Origin: a virus | Taxonomy: Duplodnaviria > Caudoviricetes | Direction: 5' to 3' (one strand) | Length of the DNA: 54,593 nt | Virus record (IMG/VR): IMGVR_UViG_3300019360_000011 | Span: 1 to 54,593 of that record | Part shown: piece after piece, positions 35,937 through 45,511 of the stretch | Layout of the letters: the number at the start of each line of letters is the position of its first letter | Position numbering within the stretch: the first letter of the stretch is position 1 | Notes under the pieces: model-generated | Database searches by the model: none | Seen by the model: only the letters and a program-made list of their open reading frames with translations | Told to the model about the DNA's origin: nothing | Translations under genes and position numbers: made by a program

Positions 35937-36544
35937 GCCGCCGTCCCGAACTCGATGGAGTAGTAGAGCTGAGTGAGGTTCGTCCCGGCCGCGCTGTCCT
36001 GGAGCGTGGTCTTCAGAGCGACCGTCCCAGAGAGTGTCGCGTTTACCGGAGCACCGGTGTCCCAGACGGTCCCCAGACGCGGGACAGTCCCGGGAGTCGC
36101 AGTGTTCAAGCCGAGTGTCACCGCGCCGTGGATCGTCCGAGCCGACTGCGTCGCGGCTCCTGTCCTGACGATATTCGCCTCGCCCTGCCAGATGCCGCTC
36201 GCGACGGTGAACGTCGTCGTGAGGATAGACGCACCGTTCCAGTAGAGACGGAACGTTCTCGTCGAGGCCCCGGCCGCTGTCTTCCCCCACCAGCGGAGCT
36301 TGAGCTGCATGCCGTTCGTCGCGAGCGTCCCAGCGGGCAACGTGTAGGTCGACGCGTCGGTCTCGGCTGTCCCCGAGCCAGTCCTCGCTGTGGCGTCCAT
36401 GTGGAGCATCGTGAGCAAGAGACCGGCGTCTGAGATGCGTGTCTTCAGAACGTTCAGCGCGTCACGCAGCTGCTCGTTCATCTGGTCTGCAGTCACGGTC
36501 TCCCCGGGATTCCAAGTTCTGGGTCCGCCACTCGGCCAAGGCAT
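35933..36544 (-). CDS. Minor tail/fibre protein
   Basis: PRTW..GE.VTA..MN.QLRD N-terminal anchor; beta-sandwich C-terminus. Confidence 0.7.
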   Translation of the reverse strand: MPWPSGGPRTWNPGETVTADQMNEQLRDALNVLKTRISDAGLLLTMLHMDATARTGSGTAETDASTYTLPAGTLATNGMQLKLRWWGKTAAGASTRTFRLYWNGASILTTTFTVASGIWQGEANIVRTGAATQSARTIHGAVTLGLNTATPGTVPRLGTVWDTGAPVNATLSGTVALKTTLQDSAAGTNLTQLYYSIEFGTAA

Positions 36545-36548
36545 TCCT

Positions 36549-37106
36549 CTACCCCTCTCTCATCACAGACCCAACCTCAACGTGAATCCCGTGTCCTTTG
36601 ATAATCCTCTTCGGCGTCGGGAGACCCGCAGCTCGACAGGCGTAGCCTAGATCGAGATGATACGAGTACAGCACCAGACGCGACGTGATCGACATCAGAA
36701 CCTGGCACATCCAGGCCCTGTTCATCGGAGACAGACGCTCGATCCGCTCCGGCGCGGTCAAGACTGCGTCGAACGCCATCCACTCCGGGTTCCCCCAGTT
36801 GATCTCCTCGATGGCGATGTTGTAGAACCACACGTCCGGATGTCGGTCCGCCCCGCGCATGATCTTCCCGCGATCACGGTCGACTCCGAGGACGCGCATG
36901 ATTCTCGGGCGTGCCAAGACCCGCCGGAGCAGAGCTCCATCCGCGCACCCGAGCTCTAAGACTCGACCGGTCGTCTGGCCGAGCCCGAGCGCTACGAGCT
37001 GGTGCGCGGCGTTCATAGCATCCGGACTCACGAACCCGTTGTCCACGTGCGAAGGCGGATCAGGCAGCGCCGTGACACCCTCGGTCACCCAGATCTCTTC
37101 GGTCAT
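36549..37106 (-). CDS. Class I SAM-dependent methyltransferase
   Basis: RVLELGCADGALL, GVD, FD motifs. Confidence 0.75.
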   Translation of the reverse strand: MTEEIWVTEGVTALPDPPSHVDNGFVSPDAMNAAHQLVALGLGQTTGRVLELGCADGALLRRVLARPRIMRVLGVDRDRGKIMRGADRHPDVWFYNIAIEEINWGNPEWMAFDAVLTAPERIERLSPMNRAWMCQVLMSITSRLVLYSYHLDLGYACRAAGLPTPKRIIKGHGIHVEVGSVMREG

Positions 37107-37747
37107 GAGACCACTCTCTCGGCGTCAGCCTCATCGATGTAGTGGATGTCAGGGTTCTCTGACGATAACCCCACGTCAGAGATCTCGATCCAGATGGATC
37201 CGGGCAGCCCTGGAGACCCAGCGGCTACCAGCGTCCCGGTAAGAGCGACTTCGATGTAGAACCCTCGGGAGATATATCTTAGTGTCGTTCCTTCCACCCA
37301 CATCGATCCGATGAGAGACCCAACTGGCGCTGCACCCATCGACGTTCCGATGTATGTGCGAAACGTCATTATTGGTCCGCCGAAAGTCCTGAGCCACCAG
37401 ACCTGGATGCCGCTGGTCACAGGAGAAGGATTTGGCATCTGGATGACGCCGTGTCTCTCGCTGCCAGGATACACGATGCCGTTGTCTCTTGCTCCCACAC
37501 GAACTCGAGCGTTCCCACCGCTAAAGTCGTTCTTCATGTTCCAAGCATTGGACGTATTGAAGTCGTTGATCCCCGTGATCGTCGAGGCATCAAGACTCGC
37601 GAAGTACGTCGAGGTCAAGGCGTGGATCTTCCCAGCGTCGTTCCTAGAGAACTTGATCACCTCCATGTTGTCGCGGATCTGCTGGTTCAGATCCGTCTCG
37701 TCATAGATGACGCTGGCGACCCACGTGATCGGAGTGGTCCAGGCCAT
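37103..37747 (-). CDS. Minor tail protein
   Basis: MAWTTPITW...NQQIRDNM; paralogue of 37954..38232. Confidence 0.7.
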   Translation of the reverse strand: MAWTTPITWVASVIYDETDLNQQIRDNMEVIKFSRNDAGKIHALTSTYFASLDASTITGINDFNTSNAWNMKNDFSGGNARVRVGARDNGIVYPGSERHGVIQMPNPSPVTSGIQVWWLRTFGGPIMTFRTYIGTSMGAAPVGSLIGSMWVEGTTLRYISRGFYIEVALTGTLVAAGSPGLPGSIWIEISDVGLSSENPDIHYIDEADAERVVS

Positions 37748-37957
37748 CTACTCAAACTCCATGCACTGAGTCAGCAGGTGAGGCTGCTGCACGGCGCAGC
37801 GACCGGCATGGTGAACCACCAGATCGCTGTCTCCGACGAACAGGACAGTCGACTGCCCAGGAAATACCGGCTCGTGTCGACAGTCACACGGTCTCCGGAG
37901 CTCCAAGACGCCCAGCATATCTGGGATACCTCCCCACGTCCCTGCGCCATCTCTCAT
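37748..37957 (-). CDS. Small Cys/His protein
   Basis: ATGA overlap; fills gap. Confidence 0.45.
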   Translation of the reverse strand: MRDGAGTWGGIPDMLGVLELRRPCDCRHEPVFPGQSTVLFVGDSDLVVHHAGRCAVQQPHLLTQCMEFE

Positions 37958-38232
37958 GTCGCCCACTTATTCGCGCCGACAGGAAGCCGAATCGCCCCAG
38001 CTGAGAAGTCGTTCTTCTCTGTCCAAGTGTTAACGGTATCGGGCCGCGGAATTCCTGTCAACGCCGAGCCATCTAGCGAAGCGAAGTACGTCGAGTTGAT
38101 GGCCTGGATCTTTCCGGTCGCCGTGACGATGGCGAACGCCAGGACGTTCATGTTGTCCCGGATCTGCGCGTTGAAGTCCACCGCCTTCACCAGCTGGTCG
38201 GCAGTCCATGTGACCGGCGTTGTCCAAGCCAT
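37954..38232 (-). CDS. Minor tail protein
   Basis: MAWTTPVTW...NAQIRDNM. Confidence 0.7.
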   Translation of the reverse strand: MAWTTPVTWTADQLVKAVDFNAQIRDNMNVLAFAIVTATGKIQAINSTYFASLDGSALTGIPRPDTVNTWTEKNDFSAGAIRLPVGANKWAT

Positions 38233-40538
38233 TATGCGAGCCTCGTGTCTTCGTCCATGATAGAAGTTCCGAGCAGCCAGAAACGATTGAAGAGTCCGTA
38301 AGCGAGCTTCGTAGTCTCTCCCAGCTGGGACTGAGTCGGGCTGTTGAGAATCCAGTACTGGCTCAGGTCAGCCGGCACTACCGTCCACTCGCACATCAGC
38401 ACGCCTTCAGGATCGACACTCTGTCTGATCCCGTTGATGAAGAAGTCTCCGTCGATCCCGGTGACCGAGTCTTGGATGGTAATCCGGTCTGAAGGCTCGC
38501 GCAGGATCGCCTGGCGCATGAAGAAGTCGGAGCCTGATGCGATGAATCCGATCTTCGTCGGGACCGTGAACTGCGTCTTGTTCTGCTCGAGCAAGAAGAA
38601 CGCTGCGTTCTGAGCCACACGAGCATCCGACTGGTACGGCATGTTGAAGTTCAGGACATGCTCGCCGACCTCGTCTTGGCTATCTGTGTCCTCAGCCTCG
38701 GCCACTACCTCAGCCTCATCGTAGATCCCGAGCCCACGGATCTGGAAGTATGTGAGGTACCCGTCTGACGGACCGTTGTTCGTCACGATCACGTCCGCGG
38801 TGTTCCCGCCAAAGGTGATGCTGACCGAGATCTGGCTCGTCAGGTTGACGCCGGTCCCGTCCTGTAACGAGTTGAACAGGAAGTCTGTGACCGCCTCCGG
38901 CACGACCTGAGCGACCGAACCGATCCGTGCCTGTCGTTGATTCGGGTCCTTGTACGGGCACTGGATCGGATACGCGGTGCTCTTCGGGATCAGCGGGATC
39001 TCCTCGAGCGTGAAGATCGTCGTCCCGACGGTTCCTGCTCCAGTCGGCGTGTACGGCAGCGTGATCCCATACTTCACAGACAGATACGACTCGACGTTCT
39101 TTCTCTGCGCCTCCGTGAGGACCACGTTGTAGACGATGATCTCGGCGATGTCTCCCTGCCAGTTGGCACCAGCGGTGTTCCCGACTCTCGCCGTCTGAGT
39201 CAACGCAGTCGTGTTGCCAGACGGCGTGCTCACCAGGGAGATGTCCCGAGTGTCCGACAGTCCTGCGTAGATGCTCCCAGCCGAGTGCATCGCTGTCTGG
39301 ATGTAAGGAACAACCACTGACCCCAACGCGTCTACCTGGTCAGAAGACCCGTCGTTGTTCACCGTCCTCGCGAGTGTGCTGCCAGACGCCATCACGGCGA
39401 CCTGCGGAGTCGCGTTGTTACCGCCGAACGTGGCCAGAGTACCGGCCGCGATGCTCTTCGAGCAGACGACGAAGATGGTAAAGGCGTTGTTAGCCAGATA
39501 GTTGACGAGGTCAAGGCTCCCGTTGAGCTGGTCGTTCGCTCCGTCAAACCGGAGCACCGGCTGCCCGCCCATGATGCCGGTCCGGAAGAGGGGACGCGCT
39601 CCGCCTGCCGCTGTGAACGTGCCCGACCCGAGCGTCGGAGTCCAGGTGCCGACCGGGAGTCCATCCCCGATGCCCGTGATCGCGTCCGCCTCCAGCCAGA
39701 GCGTTATCCCCGCCACGTCGGAGGGGATGAACGGCCCAGCCGCCTGGTCCACGCGTCTCGGGTGGACCTTCACCTGGACACGGTTGATCACGTCGAGCCG
39801 CTGACGATCGGCGGCCAGCGCGTTGACGCTGTCGAAGGTCGCAACCGAGACGAGGTTCGTACCTCGCGCTCTTCGATCCTCGAAGACAAGCGTCCCGCCC
39901 TGTACTGCGTCTCCTTTCACGTAGATGAAGCCGAGCTCGCTGTTCGCCAGCTTCTGAAACTCGGACAGCACCGACACGCCAAAGTCGCGAGCCTGGTCGA
40001 GAGCAAACGCATACGACTCCATGCCAAAGCCGATCTGTGTCGCCGCGGGCTGCTTCACGACGTTCGCGACGATCGTCGCGAAGAGCTGGTCACTCCTCTG
40101 GTTCAACTGGACGGCGAGACCCCGTAACGTGGCGGTCATCGCCTCGTCCATCCAGTCCACGCAGCTAACAAAGACACGACGGTCTCGAAGGATCCCAGGC
40201 AGCGGCTTGATTGAGTCGATCACACCGCGCCACTTGAAGTACGGCGCCATGTCGGCGTACTCGAGCCGCAGGCGGACAGACGTCCCGAGTCCAAAACCCG
40301 CGCGGACATTCGAGTGCCCTGGCGAGTAGTATCCGAGCAGTCCGGCACTGTTGTACTCCGAGTTGTCCAGGGCAAAGGTCAGCGTCCCGACCCCGGCGAC
40401 TCGATCTCTCGGCGTGTGCCCATCGATCCCATAGCGGTAGTCGATCGAGATCGGCTGGACGACGTCCTCGAGAACGGTCCACCCATTCCCAGGGCCGCTC
40501 AGCTCGGCCTCGACGTAGATGGAAAAGAAGTCGGACAC
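38232..40538 (-). CDS. Tail tip/baseplate hub protein with inserted LamG-like domain
   Basis: Follows TMP; LWLEAD...GDIAEIIVYN...YLSVKYGI jelly-roll insert. Confidence 0.75.
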   Translation of the reverse strand: MSDFFSIYVEAELSGPGNGWTVLEDVVQPISIDYRYGIDGHTPRDRVAGVGTLTFALDNSEYNSAGLLGYYSPGHSNVRAGFGLGTSVRLRLEYADMAPYFKWRGVIDSIKPLPGILRDRRVFVSCVDWMDEAMTATLRGLAVQLNQRSDQLFATIVANVVKQPAATQIGFGMESYAFALDQARDFGVSVLSEFQKLANSELGFIYVKGDAVQGGTLVFEDRRARGTNLVSVATFDSVNALAADRQRLDVINRVQVKVHPRRVDQAAGPFIPSDVAGITLWLEADAITGIGDGLPVGTWTPTLGSGTFTAAGGARPLFRTGIMGGQPVLRFDGANDQLNGSLDLVNYLANNAFTIFVVCSKSIAAGTLATFGGNNATPQVAVMASGSTLARTVNNDGSSDQVDALGSVVVPYIQTAMHSAGSIYAGLSDTRDISLVSTPSGNTTALTQTARVGNTAGANWQGDIAEIIVYNVVLTEAQRKNVESYLSVKYGITLPYTPTGAGTVGTTIFTLEEIPLIPKSTAYPIQCPYKDPNQRQARIGSVAQVVPEAVTDFLFNSLQDGTGVNLTSQISVSITFGGNTADVIVTNNGPSDGYLTYFQIRGLGIYDEAEVVAEAEDTDSQDEVGEHVLNFNMPYQSDARVAQNAAFFLLEQNKTQFTVPTKIGFIASGSDFFMRQAILREPSDRITIQDSVTGIDGDFFINGIRQSVDPEGVLMCEWTVVPADLSQYWILNSPTQSQLGETTKLAYGLFNRFWLLGTSIMDEDTRLA

Positions 40539-43379
40539 TCAGCCGCTCATCGACAACGCTTCACGCATGGCGCGAGACATCATCCCGGGGAGGTTCAGCA
40601 TGAGCCCTTCCATCTGACCAGCACTAGAGTCACGGATCGCTCCGATCTGCGCCTCTGTAAAGACACCCTCCCTCCCGTGCAGCGTCGCGAGCGTGCCGCT
40701 ACCGAAGTCTCGGATACCACCCGAGCCGTGCTGGAAGCTGTCTCCATGGTCTCCCGGCCCACCACTGGGGGGCGTCGTCGTCGGTGCACCACCGCCTCCG
40801 GTGTTCACATTCACGTTGACGTTGACCTTAGCATTGTTGAACTCGTCGATCATCTTCTGAACGGCGTTTGGAACAGTTCCTCCGAACAGCTTGACCAGTT
40901 CGCCGGTCGCTGCTAGCATCGCTTCTTGGACCTCGACGAGCCGCTTCATCGGGTCTTCAAGACTAACAAACAGGCCGGCCGCTTCAGCGTCATCGACCAG
41001 CTTCTGCGTATGAGCGTCAAGCTCGACCCCGCTGTTTTCTGCGGCCATCTTCAGGTTAAAAAGATCCTGTGCAGTCAACGCGAGCGCTTGTCCGTAAGGC
41101 ACCCCAGCATCGAGCATCGTCTGGATTGCATTGTTCATGTCCATCGACATTCGAGTGGCGATGTCTTGCGTGAACAACCCAAACGAGGCCAGTGCTTGAG
41201 CAGTCTGTCCGATCCCGGTGACAAAATTCAACAGCTGCTCGTTAGCCGCAGCGAAGTTCGCGAGCTGAAGCAACGGCTCAGCCACAGTCGGGTCATCAAC
41301 CCGGCTCGGATCCAATGAAAGAGCGTCAAGAGCCGGTTTCATGGCAGCCAGCGCATCAACCGTCGACATGCCTGAGGCACGAAGCGCCTCAAACATCCCA
41401 GCAACGTAGATCCCTGCGTTCTGGATGCTAGTGAATTCGCTACTCAGCTCCATCAACGGCTGACCAAATTCATCCTCGATCTGGTTCCCAGCCTTGTCCA
41501 AGACTGGCTTCAGCATCGCGCCGAGCATCTTATTGATGCCCTCTGTCCCGACGTTGGCAAGCTCCTTCCGAGCGTCTTTCCAGTCATCAAACATGTCAGA
41601 GAACGACTTGACAGCTTCGTCCTGCTTCTTCTTGAGCTCAGCAGCCTTCTTCTTACTGTCACCAAAGAGCCCACCGAAGATCCCGACGATGCCGCCAATT
41701 GCGGCTCCGATCGCGGTTCCGTCAGGTCCAAAGAGAGAACCCACCGAAGCACCGGTCATGACGCCACCAGCAGCTCCCTGGACCGCAGCCCCTGCCGTGC
41801 CGCCGATCATCCCGCCGATCTGGCCGGCTGCTCCAGCGATAGCGCCAATCTTTCCGAGCGTTCCCATCTTCTCCCAGTCGCGGAACGACTCGGTAATGTT
41901 GCCAACAACGTCCAAGACGTCTCCAAAACCACCGCCGAGAACATCAGCAAGGAGTGCGATCCCTTGAAGACCAGTTGACCACCGTTCGGTCTCCATCCGC
42001 AGACGTTCCGCTTTCTGTGCCGCTGTCTCCACATACGGGACAACGCTCTTCGCCCCGTCTTTAGCCCCGGCCCAGGCGATCTTCATGTTCCAGACAGCAT
42101 TGGCCATGTCATCGGCAGAGACCTTAACCGTCCCAAACTCGTCTGAGAAACTGCCAACAGCCTTGAGAGCAGCGTCAAACATCCCCGGGAGCTGTTCTTT
42201 CATCTGAGACTCGAGGATGTTTGTTCCAAGCGCACGAGACGCAGCTTCTTCGATCTTGGAAAAAGCCTCTTCTGCTTGTCGTCTAATCTCAACGTACTGA
42301 AGAGCTATCCGCTTCTGCTGCTCTTCAAACTTCTTCGCAGCTGCCTCTGCTTCTGCCCACTCCTTCTTATGTTCCTTCGCTGCGATCTCTGAGTCTCGTC
42401 GAAACTTCTCAAACGGGTCGAAATCGCCAACGTCGGGCTCTGGGAACCCCTTTCCGAGGCCAAACGGGTCACCCTTGTAGTTCATGAAGTCTTCCATCTT
42501 GAGCTTCTCGAGAGTACGAGCGAGGTTCGAGAAGAACCCAAGAGAACTCATGTCGATCCCCGTGGCGAAGAGGTCCCAGAATTTTGAGAAGGCTCCTTGA
42601 TTCTCTTTGATGAAACCGGCCACCCGGCCGATAGCCTCGGCGATGTTGTTTATCGAGCTCGTAAAGGCGGGACTCTGAGCGACTGTCGCTGAGATCTGGT
42701 TATGAAACCCGTCCCACGCGATCCCGATACGATCTACAGAGTCGTCGAGCTCAGACAACGCCTTTACAGCGTTGTCCGATAACACCGCCCCAAGATTTTG
42801 CGCTCGCCCTGAAGCGCCATCTAGAGCCTCAATCAACGGAAGAAGATTCTTGGCCCCACCCCGCCCAAAGATGTCTGTCAACGCGGCGACGCGTTCGGTG
42901 TGGCTTCCGAGCTCCGTGATCTTATCGATCACCAGCTGAAACGCTGCTTCTTGACTGTCCATCGACGCGAGGAGTGCTGCGTCTAGTCCCCACTTCTGGA
43001 GAGCTTTAGAATTGGTCTCCAGGGCCTTCTCAAACTTCACGATCGCCGACTCGATCGCTCCAATGCCAACGCCCGACTCTTCTGCCGCGACCTTCAAAAC
43101 CTGGAGCTGTGTAACCGAGAAACTGGTCCGAGAGGCCATGTTCTCGATATGCTCTGCCGCTTTCGCACTCTCAGACACCATGGCAGCAAATCCTTGAACG
43201 GCATCAAGAGCAGCGCTACCAAGTTCGAGGAGACCTCCAGATCCCCCGGCGGCCATGCTCCCCATCGAGGTAAGCTGCGACCCGAGGTTCTCTGACTCCT
43301 GTGCGACCTGCTGGAGGACCTTTGATGCGTTGTCCTCAGCCTCAATCGTTCCTCGGATCGTCCCGGCGTCTACAGCCAT
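40539..43379 (-). CDS. Tape measure protein
   Basis: 946 aa, Ala/Gly-rich helical, after tail chaperones; C-terminal LHGREGV. Confidence 0.9.
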   Translation of the reverse strand: MAVDAGTIRGTIEAEDNASKVLQQVAQESENLGSQLTSMGSMAAGGSGGLLELGSAALDAVQGFAAMVSESAKAAEHIENMASRTSFSVTQLQVLKVAAEESGVGIGAIESAIVKFEKALETNSKALQKWGLDAALLASMDSQEAAFQLVIDKITELGSHTERVAALTDIFGRGGAKNLLPLIEALDGASGRAQNLGAVLSDNAVKALSELDDSVDRIGIAWDGFHNQISATVAQSPAFTSSINNIAEAIGRVAGFIKENQGAFSKFWDLFATGIDMSSLGFFSNLARTLEKLKMEDFMNYKGDPFGLGKGFPEPDVGDFDPFEKFRRDSEIAAKEHKKEWAEAEAAAKKFEEQQKRIALQYVEIRRQAEEAFSKIEEAASRALGTNILESQMKEQLPGMFDAALKAVGSFSDEFGTVKVSADDMANAVWNMKIAWAGAKDGAKSVVPYVETAAQKAERLRMETERWSTGLQGIALLADVLGGGFGDVLDVVGNITESFRDWEKMGTLGKIGAIAGAAGQIGGMIGGTAGAAVQGAAGGVMTGASVGSLFGPDGTAIGAAIGGIVGIFGGLFGDSKKKAAELKKKQDEAVKSFSDMFDDWKDARKELANVGTEGINKMLGAMLKPVLDKAGNQIEDEFGQPLMELSSEFTSIQNAGIYVAGMFEALRASGMSTVDALAAMKPALDALSLDPSRVDDPTVAEPLLQLANFAAANEQLLNFVTGIGQTAQALASFGLFTQDIATRMSMDMNNAIQTMLDAGVPYGQALALTAQDLFNLKMAAENSGVELDAHTQKLVDDAEAAGLFVSLEDPMKRLVEVQEAMLAATGELVKLFGGTVPNAVQKMIDEFNNAKVNVNVNVNTGGGGAPTTTPPSGGPGDHGDSFQHGSGGIRDFGSGTLATLHGREGVFTEAQIGAIRDSSAGQMEGLMLNLPGMMSRAMREALSMSG

Positions 43380-43382
43380 GTC

Positions 43383-43770
43383 CTACCTCTTCTTCCGCTG
43401 ACCGCGAGTGTCAGTGGATGAAAAAGATGCGGCCAAGCTCTTTCCGAGCGCCTTCATCTGCTGCCACGTCTTCCCAGGAGCACGTCCGACCTTCGTCGAG
43501 TCACCGAACTGGAGCAAGAAGTCCGACAGCTTGAACGGAGTGCGACGCTTCTTCCGGTCACGGTGGATATTCGCGAGAGCCGCGACGATCTGCGCGGATC
43601 GGATGTCGGCTCTCTCCTCGTCGAAAGGCTCCAGCTCAGAGAAGGCCTCCCACTCGAGGAACTGTCTCCACGTGATCTGCCCCAGCATCGCATCAACATT
43701 CACCCAGCCTAGCTTGGCAGCTAACCGATAGGCGAGACGGCGGGCGTCGCCTCGCTTGATGCGCTTTTTG
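43383..43770 (-). CDS. Tail assembly chaperone extension (gpGT-like, -1 frame)
   Basis: -1 frame reads KRIKRGDARRLAYRLAAKLGWVNVDAML...EWEAF..LEPF. Confidence 0.8.
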
Positions 43771-44125
43771 CATCGCTGACTTCGTCCTTCCCGAGACCGT
43801 TGAGCCGAAGCGCAGCCTTCTGGAGACGGAAGATCGTCTTGAGGCTCTTCTTCCTCAGCTCCGGGATGTCCTCCTCGAGCAGCATAGGGGTTCCGTCCTC
43901 GTTCACCGCGGACATCATGAGGATCCGGATCGCGGCGTTGTCGTCTCCCTTCTTCACTCCCTCGGAGAACTTGATCGCCTCAGCCGCCGTCAGCGTCCGA
44001 AGACGAACGACCCCGCCCCACTCCGGCACTTCCACGTCTTCGGTCTGCTGGTCGACGACCGAGAGAATCGCGTTCCGCGTGAGCAGCGCTCTCTTGGTCG
44101 GGCTCATCTCTTTCTTCTGTGCCAT
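43721..44125 (-). CDS. Tail assembly chaperone (gpG-like)
   Basis: V.VPEWGG.V.LR.LT, AVNEDG. Confidence 0.85.
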   Translation of the reverse strand: MAQKKEMSPTKRALLTRNAILSVVDQQTEDVEVPEWGGVVRLRTLTAAEAIKFSEGVKKGDDNAAIRILMMSAVNEDGTPMLLEEDIPELRKKSLKTIFRLQKAALRLNGLGKDEVSDAKSASSEATPAVSPIG

Positions 44126-44180
44126 TTGCTTACCCTCCTTGCTTGATGCTTGCAGTTGCGTGGGTACAAAACGAACCGAG

Positions 44181-44636
44181 TTACGGGGCCTCTTCGAAGA
44201 CGTGTCCGCCGGTGGGCCGGATCGTGACGTCCGCCGAGAGCCGATCGTCGACCGGAGCGTCGGGCTCGAAGTTGATCACGAAGCCGGAGAAGATCCACGT
44301 GCTGCCGTCCGGATAGGTGATCCGGTAGATGTCACGGCTGCCGTCGTACCACTTCTTCTGGAGACCGGTGTCACCGTCGTGCGAAGCATCCGTCGGCACG
44401 AAGTTCAGATTCATCTGAAGCTCGCCATGCCGCCGGATACCGACGATGTACCGATCGTCTTGCTGGTTGTGCGTCGTCGTCTCGATCGGATTGCGCATGA
44501 GACCGGGCGGTGTGAGATCCCCGAGCTCTGCGATGTCCACGAACGTGACGGATCCGCCCTGCGGTGCGGCATCCGGCCAGTTCGGGTCCGGGGAGACGGC
44601 GACGACCGTTCCCTGGGCCGAGATTCCGAAGGTCAT
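44181..44636 (-). CDS. Tail tube protein
   Basis: IETTTH, GIRRHGEL...NF, ITYPDG..W.FSGFV, V.IRPTG. Confidence 0.85.
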   Translation of the reverse strand: MTFGISAQGTVVAVSPDPNWPDAAPQGGSVTFVDIAELGDLTPPGLMRNPIETTTHNQQDDRYIVGIRRHGELQMNLNFVPTDASHDGDTGLQKKWYDGSRDIYRITYPDGSTWIFSGFVINFEPDAPVDDRLSADVTIRPTGGHVFEEAP

Positions 44637-44670
44637 GTCTTCATTCCTCCTTCTTTCCTCCTCACCGTCG

Positions 44671-45084
44671 TTATGGGACGACCTCTACGTTTCTGATCGA
44701 GAGCAGAGCCGTGTACGCCGCGTACGACATCGCTCTCCCGACCGCGCTATCGAGGGCACGAACCGCGATCTGGGCTGCTGGACGTCCGTACTTCGCTTGG
44801 AAAACCGGTGGATTGTGAACGCGCAGAGGCGCGGCACCTCCTGTCTCGATGACCGAGAGATAAGGACCGGGCCCATCGGGGATCACAGCCTGCGCCGTCG
44901 CGAAGATGTTCACGGCACGAGTGCCAACCCCAGCGTTCTCGAGGATCTTCACCAGCTCCTCGATGAACGTCCCGGAGACCTGCTTCATCGCGATGACGTT
45001 GAAGACAGTCTCTGACCGTCCAGCCTGATCCAGACCATTGTCGAACGGTTCCTGGATCGCGCCGATCTCGAGGTACCAGACCAT
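44671..45084 (-). CDS. Tail terminator-like protein, apparently circularly permuted
   Basis: Position before tube gene; GVGT..NIF, ETGG, P.AQIAVRA, QEPFD.GLD..GR...FN. Confidence 0.7.
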   Translation of the reverse strand: MVWYLEIGAIQEPFDNGLDQAGRSETVFNVIAMKQVSGTFIEELVKILENAGVGTRAVNIFATAQAVIPDGPGPYLSVIETGGAAPLRVHNPPVFQAKYGRPAAQIAVRALDSAVGRAMSYAAYTALLSIRNVEVVP

Positions 45085-45085
45085 G

Positions 45086-45511
45086 TCAGATGCGCTCCCA
45101 GTTCAACGTCTGCGCCCAGGTCCCGGCGAGGAGTGACGCCTCCTCTAGGAGAGGCCTCTCCAGATACTTCGGGCCGGTGCCTGCCTTCTTGAAGCGGACC
45201 GGATTCCCGGAAGCCTCCGCGATCTTCCAGCTCCGAGGACTCGAGGCCGAGAGATGCTCATGGATGGCGACAGCGTACGGGATCCCGGCTCCTCCGAAGA
45301 CCACCCGCTGCGCGTATCCCTTCTCTGACTTCTCGATCCGACCGCTGTCATGCAGGGTGCCCATGTCGTACGGGACGAGCTGCTGTGCCTTCTGCAGGAC
45401 TCGCTCACACGACTCTTCGACCGCATCGGGAATCTTCGCCTGTAGGCGGTCTCTGAACGCACGGATTCCTCCGGTCAGAGTGTCGTTCGTACGGATGTAG
45501 AACTTGATCAC
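45086..45511 (-). CDS. HK97 gp10-like tail-completion/neck protein
   Basis: AQQLVPYDMGTLHDSG, YAVAIHE, KYLERP. Confidence 0.8.
   Translation of the reverse strand: MIKFYIRTNDTLTGGIRAFRDRLQAKIPDAVEESCERVLQKAQQLVPYDMGTLHDSGRIEKSEKGYAQRVVFGGAGIPYAVAIHEHLSASSPRSWKIAEASGNPVRFKKAGTGPKYLERPLLEEASLLAGTWAQTLNWERI

Noticed and set aside
35933-38232. Diversity-generating retroelement acting on tail paralogues
   Set aside because: No reverse transcriptase; no near-identical TR/VR pair differing only at adenines was seen
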